Shown here: positions 62,740 to 64,000 of the stretch, in pieces
Numbering within the stretch: the first letter of the stretch is position 1
How the letters are laid out: every line of letters starts with the position of its first letter
DNA from: Malacoraja senta
Lineage: Eukaryota
Direction: 5' to 3'
NCBI GenBank assembly: GCA_038087875.1
Contig: CM075979.1
Span: forward strand, 8,370,001 to 8,434,000
DNA length: 64,000 nt
Translations under genes and position numbers: made by a program
The notes under the pieces: model-generated
Databases searched by the model: none
Told to the model about the DNA's origin: nothing
Seen by the model: the letters and a program-made list of their open reading frames with translations, nothing else

Positions 62740-64000
62740 CGGAAAAGTGTTGAAAAGGGTGGTATCTCCGGTTTGCTTCCAGTTCCTCGTGCTGGCGAGA
62801 GCAGGAACAGGGAGATACAGGATCTGAATGTGTGGCTGAGGAACTGGTGCAGGGGGCAGGGATTTAGATTCTTAGACCACTGGGATCTGTTTTGGAGTAA
62901 GGGGGAACTGTACAAAAGGGACGGATTGCACCTTAACAGGTGGGGGACCAGCATTCTGGCAGGCAGGTTTGCCAATGCTACACGGGTGGTTTTAAACTAA
63001 ATAATGGGGGGGGGGGGGGGGGTGTCAAATGGGATAGTCAAGGACGGAGTTAAAGGGAGAGTATAGGGATAGTTAATGACCCCAGAATTAACGGGAAAGA
63101 AAGCTCACAAAGGGATAGGAGAGTATGGCCAAGTGTAATAGGGATCGATGTGAAAGGTGAGATGCGTAAGGAATTAAAAGTTTTGTATATGAATGCGCGA
63201 AGTATAAGAAGTAAAGTAGATGAGCTTGAGGCTCAGTTAGAGGTTGGTAGATATGACATTGTGGGGATTACTGAGACGTGGCTGCAGGAGGATCGGGCCT
63301 GGGAACTTAATATTCAGGGTTATACATCCTATAGAAAAGACAGGCAGGTGGGCAGAGGAGGGGGGGTAGCTCTGCTGGTGAGAGATGGAATTCAGTCCCT
63401 TGCGAAGGAAGACATAGGGACTGACGAGGTAGAGTCACTGTGGATTGAGTTGAGGAATTGTAAAGGCAAGAAGACACTAATTGGTGTTATCTACAGACCC
63501 CCAAATAGTAGCCGGATATAGGGTGTAAGTTGCAGCAGGAGTTAAAACTGGCATGTAACAAAGGTAATGCCACTGTGGTGATGGGGGGTTTCAATATGTA
63601 GGTAGACTGGGAAAATCAGGTTGGTTCAAACCCCAAGAAAGAGATTTTGTAGAGTGCCTCCGAGATGGATTCTTAGAGCAGCTTGTAATGGAGCCGACCA
63701 GTGAAAAGGCAATTCTGGATTTAGTGTTGTCTAATGCACCAGATTTGATAAAGAGAACTCGAGGTAAAGGAACCGCTTGGAGGTAGTGATCATAATATGA
63801 TTAGTTTTAATCTGCAATTTGAGAAGGAGAATGTTAAATTGGAAGTATCAGTGATGCAGTTGAACAAAGGGGACTAAGAAGGCATGAGAGAGGAGCTGGC
63901 CAAGGTAGACTGGAAAGGGATCTTAGCAGGAATGACGGTGGAAGAGCAATGGCAGGAATTTCTGGGCATAATCCGGAAGACGCAGGATCATTTCATTCCA
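62740..64000 (+). mobile_element. CR1 LINE 5' region: ORF1 esterase end plus ORF2 APE endonuclease (disrupted), runs off window
   Basis: NVWLRNWCRGQGFRFLDHW...DGLHLN (SGNH-like); YMNARSI...IVGITETWL...GGGVALLV...IYRPP. Confidence 0.92.

Overview
Vertebrate genomic DNA, most likely from a cartilaginous fish (skate/ray-like, judged from HE1-type V-SINEs and CR1/HER1-type LINEs). It holds two convergent multi-exon genes. On the + strand is CSTF3 (CstF-77). The window opens inside its very large intron 3 (>26.5 kb) and contains exons 4-21, the stop codon at 47100-47102 and a poly(A) signal at 47631. On the - strand is TCP11L1, with a complete CDS of 9 coding exons (1539 nt, 512 aa) and one GC-AG intron. 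Exon numbers follow the human genes as I recall them. The introns are dense with mobile DNA: CR1, Rex1/Babar-like and RTE LINE fragments, HE1 SINEs, nested Helitrons, a Harbinger MITE, a solo LTR and many Penelope-like element (PLE) remnants. The most notable observations are: (i) minimal dimer-type hammerhead ribozyme motifs carried by PLE remnants, three with intact cores in the sense strand of the CSTF3 pre-mRNA; (ii) a PLE insertion with a 7-bp TSD inside the 3' splice site of a TCP11L1 exon; (iii) a hairpin-embedded candidate intronic poly(A) site in CSTF3 intron 3; (iv) a ~424-bp LINE-in-LINE hairpin; and (v) a solo LTR that splits a SINE next to the GC donor. All calls were made by eye, without database searches.
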